A stretch of DNA of 64,000 bases from Podarcis liolepis (lineage: Eukaryota). A program made the translations under genes and the position numbers. The stretch lies in assembly GCA_965112155.1 (NCBI GenBank), contig OZ218098.1. One strand, written 5' to 3'. The notes below the pieces were generated by a model. That model had not been told where the DNA came from, searched no databases, and worked only from the letters and a program-made list of their open reading frames with translations. Shown in pieces: positions 42,101-54,100 of the stretch. Each line of letters begins with the position of its first letter. Position 1 is the stretch's first letter.

Positions 42101-45100
42101 ACCAATATAACTGAAACTCAGTTTACCGTAACAGGCCTTACTGAAGACCAACGATATGAATTTAGAGTCATTGCAAGGAATGCCGCTGGAGCAGTAAGCA
42201 AGCCATCTGATAGTACAGGACCGATAACAGCAAAAGATGAAGTTGAGCTTCCAAGAATATCCATGGATCCCAAATACAAAGATGCAATTGTTGTAAACGC
42301 TGGAGAAACATTCAAACTTGAGGCTGATGTCCATGGGAAGCCAATTCCCACTATTCTGTGGTTGAAAGGAGATAAAGTACTTGAAGATACTGCCCGATGT
42401 GAAGTAAGGAATACAGACTTTAAGGCCTTGATAACTGTTAAAGATGCCATACGTGTTGATGGTGGGCAATATATTTTGCAGGCCTCTAATGTTGCAGGAA
42501 CAAAATCAGTACCAATAACAGTAAAAGTACTGGACAGACCAGGACCTCCAGAGAGTATTCAAGTTTCTGGAGTTACTGCTGACAAGTGTTCCTTAACATG
42601 GGCGCAACCGATCCATGATGGTGGCAGTGACATTTCTCACTACATAATTGAGAAGAGAGAAACAAGTCGCCTTGCGTGGACAGTTGTTGCTTCAGATGCT
42701 GTAGCCACAATGCTGAAAGTAACAAAACTTCTGGAAGGAAATGAGTATATCTTCCGCATAATGGCAGTTAATAAATATGGAGTTGGGGAGCCTCTGGAGT
42801 CTGCACCAGTATTAATGAAAAATCCATTTGTTGTTCCTGGTCCACCAAAATCCATTGAAGTAACCAACGTTACAAAGGATTCCATGACCGTCTCCTGGCA
42901 TCGTCCAGATAGTGATGGTGGCAGTGAAATAGTTAACTACATTGTCGAAAAAAGGGACAGAGCTGGTATCAGATGGGTGAAATGTAACAAACGCCGAATT
43001 ACAGACCTGCGATTAAGAGTCACAGGATTAGCAGAAGATCATGAGTATGAATTTAGAGTATCTGCTGAAAATGCTGCTGGAGTTGGTGAGCCAAGCCAAA
43101 TCACTCCCTTTTGGAAAGCATGTGACCCTATGTTCAAACCTGGCCCACCCACTAATGCCCATGCTGTGGATACTACCAAGAATTCAATTACAGTAGCATG
43201 GGGTAAGCCTATTTATGATGGCGGTAGTGAAATCCTGGGATATATTGTAGAAATCTGCAAAGCAGATGAAGAAGAATGGACAATAGCTACCCCACAGACT
43301 GGTCTGAGAGTCAATCGCTTTGAGATCAAGAAACTCATTGAACATCAAGAATACAAACTTAGAGTTTGTGCTCTTAACAAAATTGGAGTAGGTGAAGCTG
43401 CAGCAGTTCCTGGCACAGTTAAACCAGAAGATAAACTTGAGCCACCTGAACTTGATATTGACTCAGAATTAAGGAAGGGAATTGTGGTTAGAGCTGGTGG
43501 ATCTGTCAGGATAAACATACCTTTCAAAGGACGCCCAACTCCTGAAATCATGTGGTCTCGAGAAGAAGGAGAATTTACAGATAAGGTTCAAATTGAAAAG
43601 GGCCTGAATTACACACAGTTATCCATTGATTACTGTGATAGAAATGATGCCGGAAAATATATCCTTAAACTGGAGAACAGCAGTGGCTCTAAGTCTGCAT
43701 TTGTCACAGTTAAGGTACTTGACACACCGGGACCACCGCAAAATTTAGTAGTCAAAGAAATAAGGAAAAATTATGCTGTACTGACGTGGGAGCCTCCAGC
43801 TAATGATGGAGGGGCAAAGATAAAGAACTATGTGATTGATAAACGCGAATCAACCAGAAAAGCATATGCAAATGTGAGCACAAAGTGCAGCAAAACTAGT
43901 TTTAGAGTTGACAACCTTATTGAAGGGGCAATTTATTATTTCAGAGTAATGGCTGAAAATGAATATGGAATTGGTGTTCCAGTTGAAACTGCAGATGCCT
44001 CAAAAGCTTCAGAACCACCTTTGCCTCCTGGAAAAGTGACTCTCACTGATGTGACTCAGAGAAGTGCATCATTTATGTGGGAAAAGCCTGAACATGATGG
44101 AGGTAGCAGAATTGTGGGGTACGTTGTTGAAATGCAGCCAAAAGGAACTGATAAATGGAGTGTTGTTACTGAAACCAAAGTCTGTAATGCAGTTGTGTCT
44201 GGTTTGAGTTCTGGACATGAATATCAATTCCGTGTCATGGCATACAATGAAAAAGGCAAGAGTGACCCTAGACCACTGGCAGTTCCTGTGATTGCCAAAG
44301 ATCTGACCATTCAGCCAAATATCAAACTGATGTTCAATACATACACTGTACAAGCTGGAGAAGACCTTAAAGTAGAAATACCCTTTATAGCTCGACCAAA
44401 GCCTACTATCACTTGGGAAAAAGATGGTCAGCCTCTAAGACAGACAACCAGGTTACACGTTGAAGATACACCTACATCAACTACTTTGTATATTAAAGAA
44501 AGCAACAAGGATGATTTCGGTAAATATACTGTGACAGTAACCAACACTGCAGGCACAGCAGCAGAACATCTTAATATCATTGTGCTAGAGAAGCCTGGCC
44601 CACCACAAGGACCTGTCCGCTTTGATGAAGTTAGCTCGAATTTTGTTGTTCTGTCATGGGAACCACCAGCATACACAGGTGGCTGTCAAATATCCAATTA
44701 CATTGTAGAGAAGCGTGACACTACTACCACTACCTGGCAGATGGTCTCAGCGACTGTTGCAAGAACAACTATTAAAGTAACAAACCTTAAAACGGGTAGT
44801 GAATATCAGTTTAGAATTAGTGCTGAAAACCGATACGGAAAGAGCACCGCACTGGATTCTAAACCAGTTCTTGTTCAATATCCCTACAAAGAACCAGGTC
44901 CACCAGGAACACCATTTGTCAGCATAGCTACCAAAGATCATATGATAGTACAATGGAATGAACCAGTTAATGATGGAGGAAGCAAAGTTCTTGGTTATCA
45001 TCTAGAACGTAAAGATAAAAACAGCATTCTTTGGACAAAATTGAATAAGGCCCTCATTCAGGACACAAAATATAAATCAGATGGCCTTGAGGAAGGTCTT

Positions 45101-48100
45101 GAATATGAGTTCAGAGTTGCTGCTGAAAACATTGTTGGCATAGGTAAGGTTAGCAAATCATCTGAACTGTATGTTGCTCGAGATGCTTGTGATCCACCTG
45201 GCCGTCCAGATGCCATTGTTATCACAAGAAATTATATAACACTAAAATGGAAAAAACCTGAATATGATGGTGGCAGCAGAATAACTGGATATGTTGTGGA
45301 AAAGAGAGAACTTCCTGAAGGTCGTTGGATGAAAGCCAGTTTTACAAATGTAACAGAAACAGAGTTCACAGTAACTGGTCTTGTGGAAGACCAACGATAT
45401 GAATTCAGAGTAATTGCAAGAAATGCAGCTGGTAGCATAAGTGAACCATCTGAAAGCACAGGACCAATTATTGCCAGAGATGAAATTGAAGCTCCAAGAG
45501 CTTCACTGGATCCAAAATACAAAGATGTCATTGTTGTTCATGCTGGAGAAACATTTGCTCTTGAGGCTGACATCCATGGCAAACCCATTCCTGATATTAT
45601 ATGGTCGAAAGATGGGAAAGAATTTGAAGGAGCAACTGCAAGAATGGAAATTAAGTCTACCATTGAGAGAACAACCCTCACAGTCAAAGATTGCATCAGA
45701 GTGGATGGAGGCATTTATACACTTAAACTGAGCAATGTTGGTGGCACAAAGTCTATACCAATCACTGTAAAAGTACTTGACAGACCTGGACCTCCAGAAG
45801 GTCCTTTGAAAGTTACAGGTGTGACTGCAGAAAAGTGTTATCTGGCATGGGGACCACCTTTACACGATGGTGGCTCTAACATTTCACATTATATTATAGA
45901 AAAGAGAGAGACAAGTCGACTTTCATGGACACAAGTGGCATCTGATGTGCAAGCTCTGAACCACAAAGTAACCAGGCTTCTTCCAAACAATGAGTACATT
46001 TTCCGTGTAATGGCTGTCAACAAATATGGAATTGGTGAACCACTGGAATCCGAGCCTGTGTTGGCATGTAATCCATACAAACCTCCAGGCCCTCCTTCAA
46101 TACCTGAAGTTTCTGCAATCACAAAAGATTCTATGATTGTAACCTGGGGTCGTCCAGAGGATAATGGTGGTGCTGAAATTGAAGGGTACATACTAGAAAA
46201 GCGAGACAAAGATGGTATTCGGTGGACCAAGTGCAATAAGAAGAGACTAACAGACTTAAGACTCAGAGTAACTGGACTTACAGATGGCCATTTCTATGAA
46301 TTTAGGGTTTCTGCTGAAAATGCTGCTGGTGTTGGTGAACCTAGTGAACCATCAGTTTTCTATCGAGCCTGTGATGCAGTGTATCCACCAGGCCCTCCAA
46401 GCAATCCAAAGGTGACAGATACCTCCAGATCATCTGTATCCCTTGCATGGAACAAGCCCATTTACGATGGTGGTGCACCTGTTAAAGGATACATTGTGGA
46501 ATTTAAAGAAGCTACTGCTGATGAATGGACAACTTGCACACCTCCATCAGGGTTACAAGGAAAGCAATTCACAGTAGAAAAACTTAAAGAGAATAGTGAG
46601 TATAATTTCCGCATCTGTGCTATGAACTCTGAAGGAGTTGGAGAACCAGCAACTATACCTGGTAGTGTTGTTGCTGCTGAAAAAATTGAACCTCCTGAAA
46701 TTGAACTTGATGCAGATCTCAGAAAAGTTGTCACCGTACGTGCTAGTGGCACATTGCGATTGTTTGTCACTATCAAAGGGAGGCCAGAGCCAGAAGTAAA
46801 GTGGGAGAAAGCAGAAGGCACTCTGAGCGACAGAGCCCAGATTGAGGCTACCAGTTCATATACAATGTTGGTCATTGATAATGTAAACAGATTTGACAGT
46901 GGTAGATATAACCTGACCTTAGAAAACAATAGTGGCAAAAAATCTGCTTTTGTTAACGTGAGAGTTCTTGATACACCAAGTGCACCTGTGAACTTGAACA
47001 TCAGAGAAGTGAAGAAAGATTCAGTGACATTAGCTTGGGAGCCCCCACTTATTGATGGTGGTGCTAAAATTACAAATTACATCATTGAAAAACGAGAAAC
47101 CACAAGAAAGGCATATGCCACTATTACAAATAACTGTGCCAAGAATGTCTTCAGAATTGATCAGCTACAGGAAGGATGTAGTTACTACTTCCGTGTCTTG
47201 GCGGCAAATGAATATGGAGTTGGTTTGCCAGCAGAAACAACTGAACCAGTTAAGGCTTCTGAACCACCCTATCCACCTGGAAAAGTTACCCTTGTTGATG
47301 TTACACGCCACACTGCTACTATTAAATGGGAGAAACCTGAGAGTGATGGTGGCAGTAAAATAACTGGCTATGTAGTAGAAATGCAAACTAAAGGAAGTGA
47401 AAAATGGAGCACCTGCACACAAGTTAAAACATTAGAAGCAACAGTATCAGGATTAAGTATGGGAGAAGAATACACTTTCCGAGTATGTGCTGTCAACGAA
47501 AAAGGGAAGAGTGATCCAAGACAGCTTGGGGTTCCAGTAGTTGCGAAGGATATTGAAATCCAGCCTTCAGTTGAGCTCCTTTTCAATACTTTCAGTGTTA
47601 AAGCTGGTGAAGATCTTAAGATTGATGTGCCCATCAGAGGAAGGCCAGTTCCATCAGTTAGCTGGAAGAAAGATGGACTGCCTTTAAGAGAGACAACAAG
47701 GGTAAATGTCCACACATCAAAGACATCAACCTCACTAACAATCAAGGAAGCATTGAAAGAAGATGTAGGGAGTTATGAATTAAATGTTTCAAACAGTGCT
47801 GGCTCTACAACAGCTTCCATTACTGTAATTGTACTGGACAAACCAGGACCTCCAACAGCATTGCATATTGACAATGTCAGCAATGATAATGTAACCATAT
47901 CTTGGAAACCCCCAGAGTATGATGGTGGATGTCAAATTAATAATTATATTGTGGAGAAGAGAGAGACAACTACTACAACATGGAGTATAGTGTCTGCGGC
48001 AGTTGCACGAACTTCGATAAAAATAATTCGCTTAACCACAGGATCAGAATATCAATTCCGTGTTTCTGCAGAAAATCGCTATGGCAGGAGCACCTTCGTT

Positions 48101-51100
48101 GAAACTGCACCTGTTGTTGCAGAGTATCCATTTAGTCTTCCTGGACCGCCTGGTACTCCCCGAGTAACACACGCAACTAAAGCCTTCATGGTTGTAACCT
48201 GGCAAGAGCCAGTTAATGACGGAGGTAGCAGAGTACTTGGTTATCACCTTGAGCGTAAAGAAAGAAGCAGCATCCTTTGGACTAAAGTAAATAAAACCCT
48301 TATAAGTGACACACAGATGAAGGTCACAGGCCTTGATGAAGGACTAATGTATGAATATCGTGTGTATGCAGAAAACATTGTAGGAATAGGTAAATGTAGC
48401 AAATCATGTGAGCCTGTTGCTGCAAGGGACCCATGTGACCCTCCTGGCCAACCAGAAGTGACTAACATTACAAGAACATGTGTCTCACTCAAATGGACCA
48501 AACCAGAATATGATGGTGGTGCTAAGATCACAGGCTATATTATAGAGCGGAAAGAGTTGCCAGATGGTCGTTGGCTGAAGTGCAACTTCACCAATGTGCA
48601 AGAAACTTTCTTTGATGTAACAGGACTTACTGAAGACCAGCGATACGAATTCCATGTAATTGCAAGGAATGCTGCTGGACTATTTAGTGAGCCATCTGAA
48701 TCAACTGGGCCAGTGACTGTAAAGGATGATGTTGAGGCTCCAAGAATTATGATGGATGTCAAATTCAGGGATGTTGTTGTTGTTAAAGCTGGAGAGATCT
48801 TGAAAATCAATGCCGATATTGCAGGGCGACCCTTACCAGTAGTTTCATGGACAAAGGATGGCAAAGACATTGAAGAGAAAGCAAGAGTTGAAATTGTTTC
48901 AACTGATAACACTACTGCAATAACTGTCAAAGACTGCATTCGACGTGATTCAGGGCAATATGTGCTAACATTACAAAATGTTGCTGGAGTTAGATCATTG
49001 GCTGTCAATTGCAAAGTACTTGATAGACCTGGTCCACCAGCAGCCCCACTAGAAATCAAAGGACTTACTGCTGAAAAATGTCATCTGTCATGGGGACCAC
49101 CTCAAGAAAATGGAGGTGCAGAGATTGACTATTATATTGTGGAAAAGCGTGAGACCAGTAGAATTGCATGGACTATTTGTGAAGCAGAGCATCCAACAAC
49201 ATCCTGCAAAGTGACAAAACTACTTAGAGGAAATGAATACATCTTCAGAGTGATGGGGGTTAACAAGTATGGTGTTGGTGAACCTTTGGAAAGTGAAGCT
49301 GTCAAGGCCCTTGATCCATTTACTGTTCCAAGCCCACCTACATCTTTAGAGATTACTAGTGTGACAAAGGAGTCCATGACTATTTGCTGGGCAAGACCTG
49401 ACAGTGATGGAGGTAATGAAATTTCTGGATATGTGATTGAAAGGCGTGAGAAAAACAGCCTGAGGTGGATACGTGTGAACAAAAAGCCCGTTTTTGATCT
49501 AAGGGTAAAATCTTCAGGCCTTCGGCAAGGATGTGAATATGAATATCGGGTATTTGCAGAAAACGCTGCAGGTCTTAGTCTTCCTAGTGATACTTCACCA
49601 CTCATTAAAGCAGAAGATCCTGTTTTCCTTCCATCACCTCCATCTAGGCCTAAGATTGTGGACTCTACAAGGTCACATATAACAATTGGATGGACAAAGC
49701 CATTATTTGATGGTGGTGCTCCTGTTACTGGATACACAGTTGAATACAAGCTAACCAGTGAAACTGATTGGTCAACTGCTATTCAAAGCTTAAGAGGTAC
49801 AGAATACACTGTAATTGGTCTTACATCAGGAGCTGAATATGTTTTCAGAGTAAGGTCTATCAACAAGGTTGGCACTAGTGATCCAAGTGATGTTTCAGAA
49901 CCTCAGGTGGCAAAAGAAAGGGAAGAAGAGCCTGCATTTGATATTGACAATGAAATGAGAAAGACTTTAGTCGTGAAAGCTGGTGGCTCATTTACAATGA
50001 CTGTACCTTTCAGAGGAAAGCCTATCCCTAATGTAATGTGGAGCAAGCCAGATACTGACCTTCGTACTCGAGCAAGTATTGATACTTCAGATAACCGCAC
50101 CTCAATTACTGTTGAAAAAGCAACCAGGAATGACTCTGGAAAGTATACACTAACATTGCAAAATATTGTAAGCACAGCTACTTTGACATTAGTTGTCAAA
50201 GTACTTGACTCACCAGGACCTCCATCTAATATCGTTGTAAAAGATGTCACAAAAGAATCAGCCGTGTTATCTTGGGAAGCTCCTGAGAACGATGGAGGTG
50301 CTCCTGTGAAGAACTATTATATCGAAAAACGAGAAGCAAGCAAGAAAGCTTGGGTCACTGTAACCAACAATTGCCATCGTCTTTCCTACAAAGTTACCAA
50401 TCTGCAAGAAGGTGGAATTTATTACTTCAGAGTCTCTGGAGAAAATGAGTTTGGTGTTGGAGTCCCAACTGAAACAAAGGATGGAGTGAAAATAACAGGT
50501 TTGTTCTTTAAAATATGTTAATTATATATGCATGTGAGTGCATGACTATCTACCCATGCATACACATGCACACTAATTGTTTACAGGACTTTAGTCTTAA
50601 TGTGTAATGTTTATATTACTGTTATTAATTTATTGTAAGGCAGTAATCAAAATTTTAGGTGTCTTGAAAACACCTAATAACTCTAATAATATTTTAATAT
50701 AGGCATGCAAGATAAAACTTCACTATTTAGGGAAGTTTTTAATGTTTAATGAGGTGTTGTGTTTTTAATATCCGATTGGGAGCCGCACAGAGTGGCTGTG
50801 GAAACCCAGCCAGATGGGCGGGGTATAAATTATTATTAGTATTAGTATTATTAAAATGTACAGCTTTCCTGTGGAAAATATGTGCTTGCTGAATACATTA
50901 ATATTAAGTGGAATGCATATGACACATTTGCTCTCGATTCATCTTCTATTTATTCATTTCTTGATCATCTTCTCTTTATTTTTCAGAAAAACCAAGCCCA
51001 CCCGAAAAACTGGGAGTATCAAACGTTACTAAGGATAGTGTATCTCTTGTGTGGCTAAAGCCAGAACATGATGGAGGAAGCAGAGTTGTCGGCTACCTTG

Positions 51101-54100
51101 TTGAAGCCCTAGAGAAAGGGCAGCAGAAATGGGTCAGATGTGCTGTAGTCAAGACAACTCATCATATTGTCCAGGGTCTCAAGGAGAATGCGGAGTACTT
51201 CTTTAGAGTATTTGCTGAAAACCAAGCTGGTCTAAGTGACCCCAAAGAGCTTCTTCATGCCGTTACAGTTAAAGAACAACTAGGTATGTGGAAATGATGC
51301 ATTCTTCTTGTAATCACCTCGGTGACACTGATGGCAATTTGGCATCTGCTAGAAACAGATCATAATAACATGTCTATTTTGATCTAAAGTTGACTGGTAT
51401 TTTACTTATTCTTTAAGTTTTGATGTAATTTTAATGTGTATGTGTATACTGCCTTGTGATGTTTACATGAAAGGTGGTATAAAAATAGTTTTAATTAATA
51501 AATAATAAATAGTTAGCATAGAGCTCATACAAATTCAGATGAAAATGCACTTGAAAACCATTGTTTATAACATTTTGCAAATGTATTTTTTCAGAATCTC
51601 CTGAAGTCGACATGAAAGGTTTCCCGAACCACACCGTTTATGTAAGAGCAGGTTCAAACCTAAAGGTAGAGATTCCAGTTTCTGGAAGACCATTGCCGAA
51701 GGTGACTTTATCCAGGGACGGCATTCCTCTCAAACCAACGATGAGGTTTAACACTGAAACCACAGCTGAAAGTGTCATCGTTAATCTCAAAGAAAGTGTG
51801 GCTACTGATTCCGGTAGATATGACATCACAGCTTCCAACTCCAGTGGAACTACTAAATCTTTCCTTAAGATTGTTGTCCTAGACAGACCAGGCCCTCCAG
51901 TTGGTCCTGTTGTTGTAAGTGATATCACTGAACAAGGTCTTACCCTTAAGTGGGAGCCACCTCGTTATGATGGCGGAAGTCAAGTTACCAACTACATTGT
52001 ACTGAAAAGAGAAACAAGCACTGCTGTGTGGTCTGAAGTGTCTGCAACTGTTGCTAGAAACATGATTAAGATCACGAAACTTACAACAGGAGAAGAATAT
52101 CAATTCCGTATTAAAGCAGAAAATCGCTTTGGCATAAGTGACCATATTGACTCAGCATGTATAACTGTGAAGCTTCCTTACAGTAAGTGACTTTTTGTTT
52201 GCTCGTTTTCTGAGTTTTTCAGGCATGTATTTATGATTTATTGACCTGTACTTAATATTCATTTAGCACCCCCTGGACCACCTTCCACACCATGGATCAC
52301 CAACGTGACTCGAGAAAGCATCGTTGTTGGATGGCATGAACCTGTTTCCAATGGAGGCAGTGCAGTCATTGGCTACCATTTGGAAATGAAGGACAGGAAC
52401 AGTATTTTATGGAAGAAAGCTAACAAAACGATTATACGCACAACTCACTTCAAGGCCTCCAATATCACCGCCGGTCTCATTTATGAGTTCAGAGTGTATG
52501 CAGAAAATGCAGCTGGTATTGGAAAAGCAAGCCATCCCTCTGATGCAGTTCTTGCTATAGATGCCTGTGGTATGTAGTCTGTAGTAAAGGATAAGAATCA
52601 TATTTCAAATAATGAATTTAATAGAAAATATTTATTTGGTGAGTCATTGTTGAATGAACACATTAATTCCAAATGTTGTTGCTGTTTCATACTGCAGAGC
52701 CGCCAAGAACCCTTCGTGTCAAAGATATTTCCAAAACATTTGTCAATCTTTCTTGGACACAGCCAGCTTTTGATGGTGGCAGCAAAATTACTGGATATAT
52801 TGTTGAGAAACGTGATCTTCCAAATGGAAGATGGACAAAAGCAAGCTTCACCAATGTCATTGAGACTAATTTCACTGTATCAGGATTGACTCAAAACTCC
52901 CAATATGAATTCCGTGTTTTTGCTAAGAATGCTGCTGGTTCAATTAGCAATCCATCTGATGTTTTAGGCCCTATAACATGCGTGGATACATATGGTAAGA
53001 AATTAATAACGCATAACCACTGATATCCAGTTATATGTTTGAGTTTAAGGTAAATACTGTTAACAGAAATTCTAATTTGAATTCAGGGGCCTTAGCTGGG
53101 CAGCACAGTACAGTTTCAAGCTTGCCTTTCACTATCAGAGGATACTAGGAAATTATTATTTGGCACTGAATGCTGCTTTGTTATCAATCTTTCTGAGAAT
53201 TTCAAAAATGTTAATATATTTTCTATTCCGCTTCTTTTTCATTAAGGTGCACCTGAAATTGATGTACCCCCAGAATATACAGAAGTAGTCAAATACAAAG
53301 CAGACACAGCAATTAAACTGAAACTTGGCATCTCAGGAAAGCCTGTGCCTACAATTGAGTGGTTCCACAATGGTAAAGAAATACATACCAGTGCCCAGGT
53401 ATCCATTGAAAACACCACAGAATCTTCAGCTATACTGATCAAAGAAGCAACCCGTATTAACAGTGGAAGTTACGAACTGAAATTAAAGAATGCCATGGGT
53501 TCTGCATCTGCCACCATTAGGGTACAGATACTTGGTATGTTTGGAGCATTTTCATATTATTTTCTTCTGTCAATTCAACTAGCTGTATCCATTATTGCCT
53601 ATTTAAAATATATAATTTTCTTGCATATTAAACAGATAAACCAGGACCACCAGGTGGACCTATACATTTCAAAACTGTCACCGCAGAAAAGATTACCCTT
53701 ACGTGGCAACCGCCAGCAGATGATGGAGGTGCTGCTGTAACACATTACATTGTTGAGAAACGTGAGACAAGCCGTGTGGTATGGTCTGTGGTTTCAGAGA
53801 AACTTGAAGAATGCATTGTCACTACCACAAAAGTCATAAAAGGAAATGAATATATATTCCGTGTACGAGGCGTAAACAAATTTGGTGTTGGTGAACCGCT
53901 GGAATCTGACACTGTCATAGCTAAAAATGCATTTGGTAAGTTAAAGCAGATGGCCATTAATACCTTTTTTATTATCTCTAGGTGATTACCTATTAGTTTA
54001 TATTGACCTAATGTTATTTTTGTTTCAATAAAAATGCAGTTACACCTGGACAACCTGGTATACCAGAGGCTTCCATGATAACTAAACAGTCTATGACCAT

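Noticed and set aside
33502-50250. Many 100-200 aa minus-strand ORFs within titin exons (e.g. 33502..34080, 39970..40524, 49132..49749; also 18798..19325, 59446..59916)
   Set aside because: They are antisense shadows in register with titin codons (GGPG mirrors PGPP), recur with the super-repeat and have no independent domain signature.
54027-54032. AATAAA just before the exon-333 acceptor (also 62725-62730) as intronic poly(A) sites
   Set aside because: Expected by chance in AT-rich introns, and there is no downstream GU/U-rich element before the exon begins.
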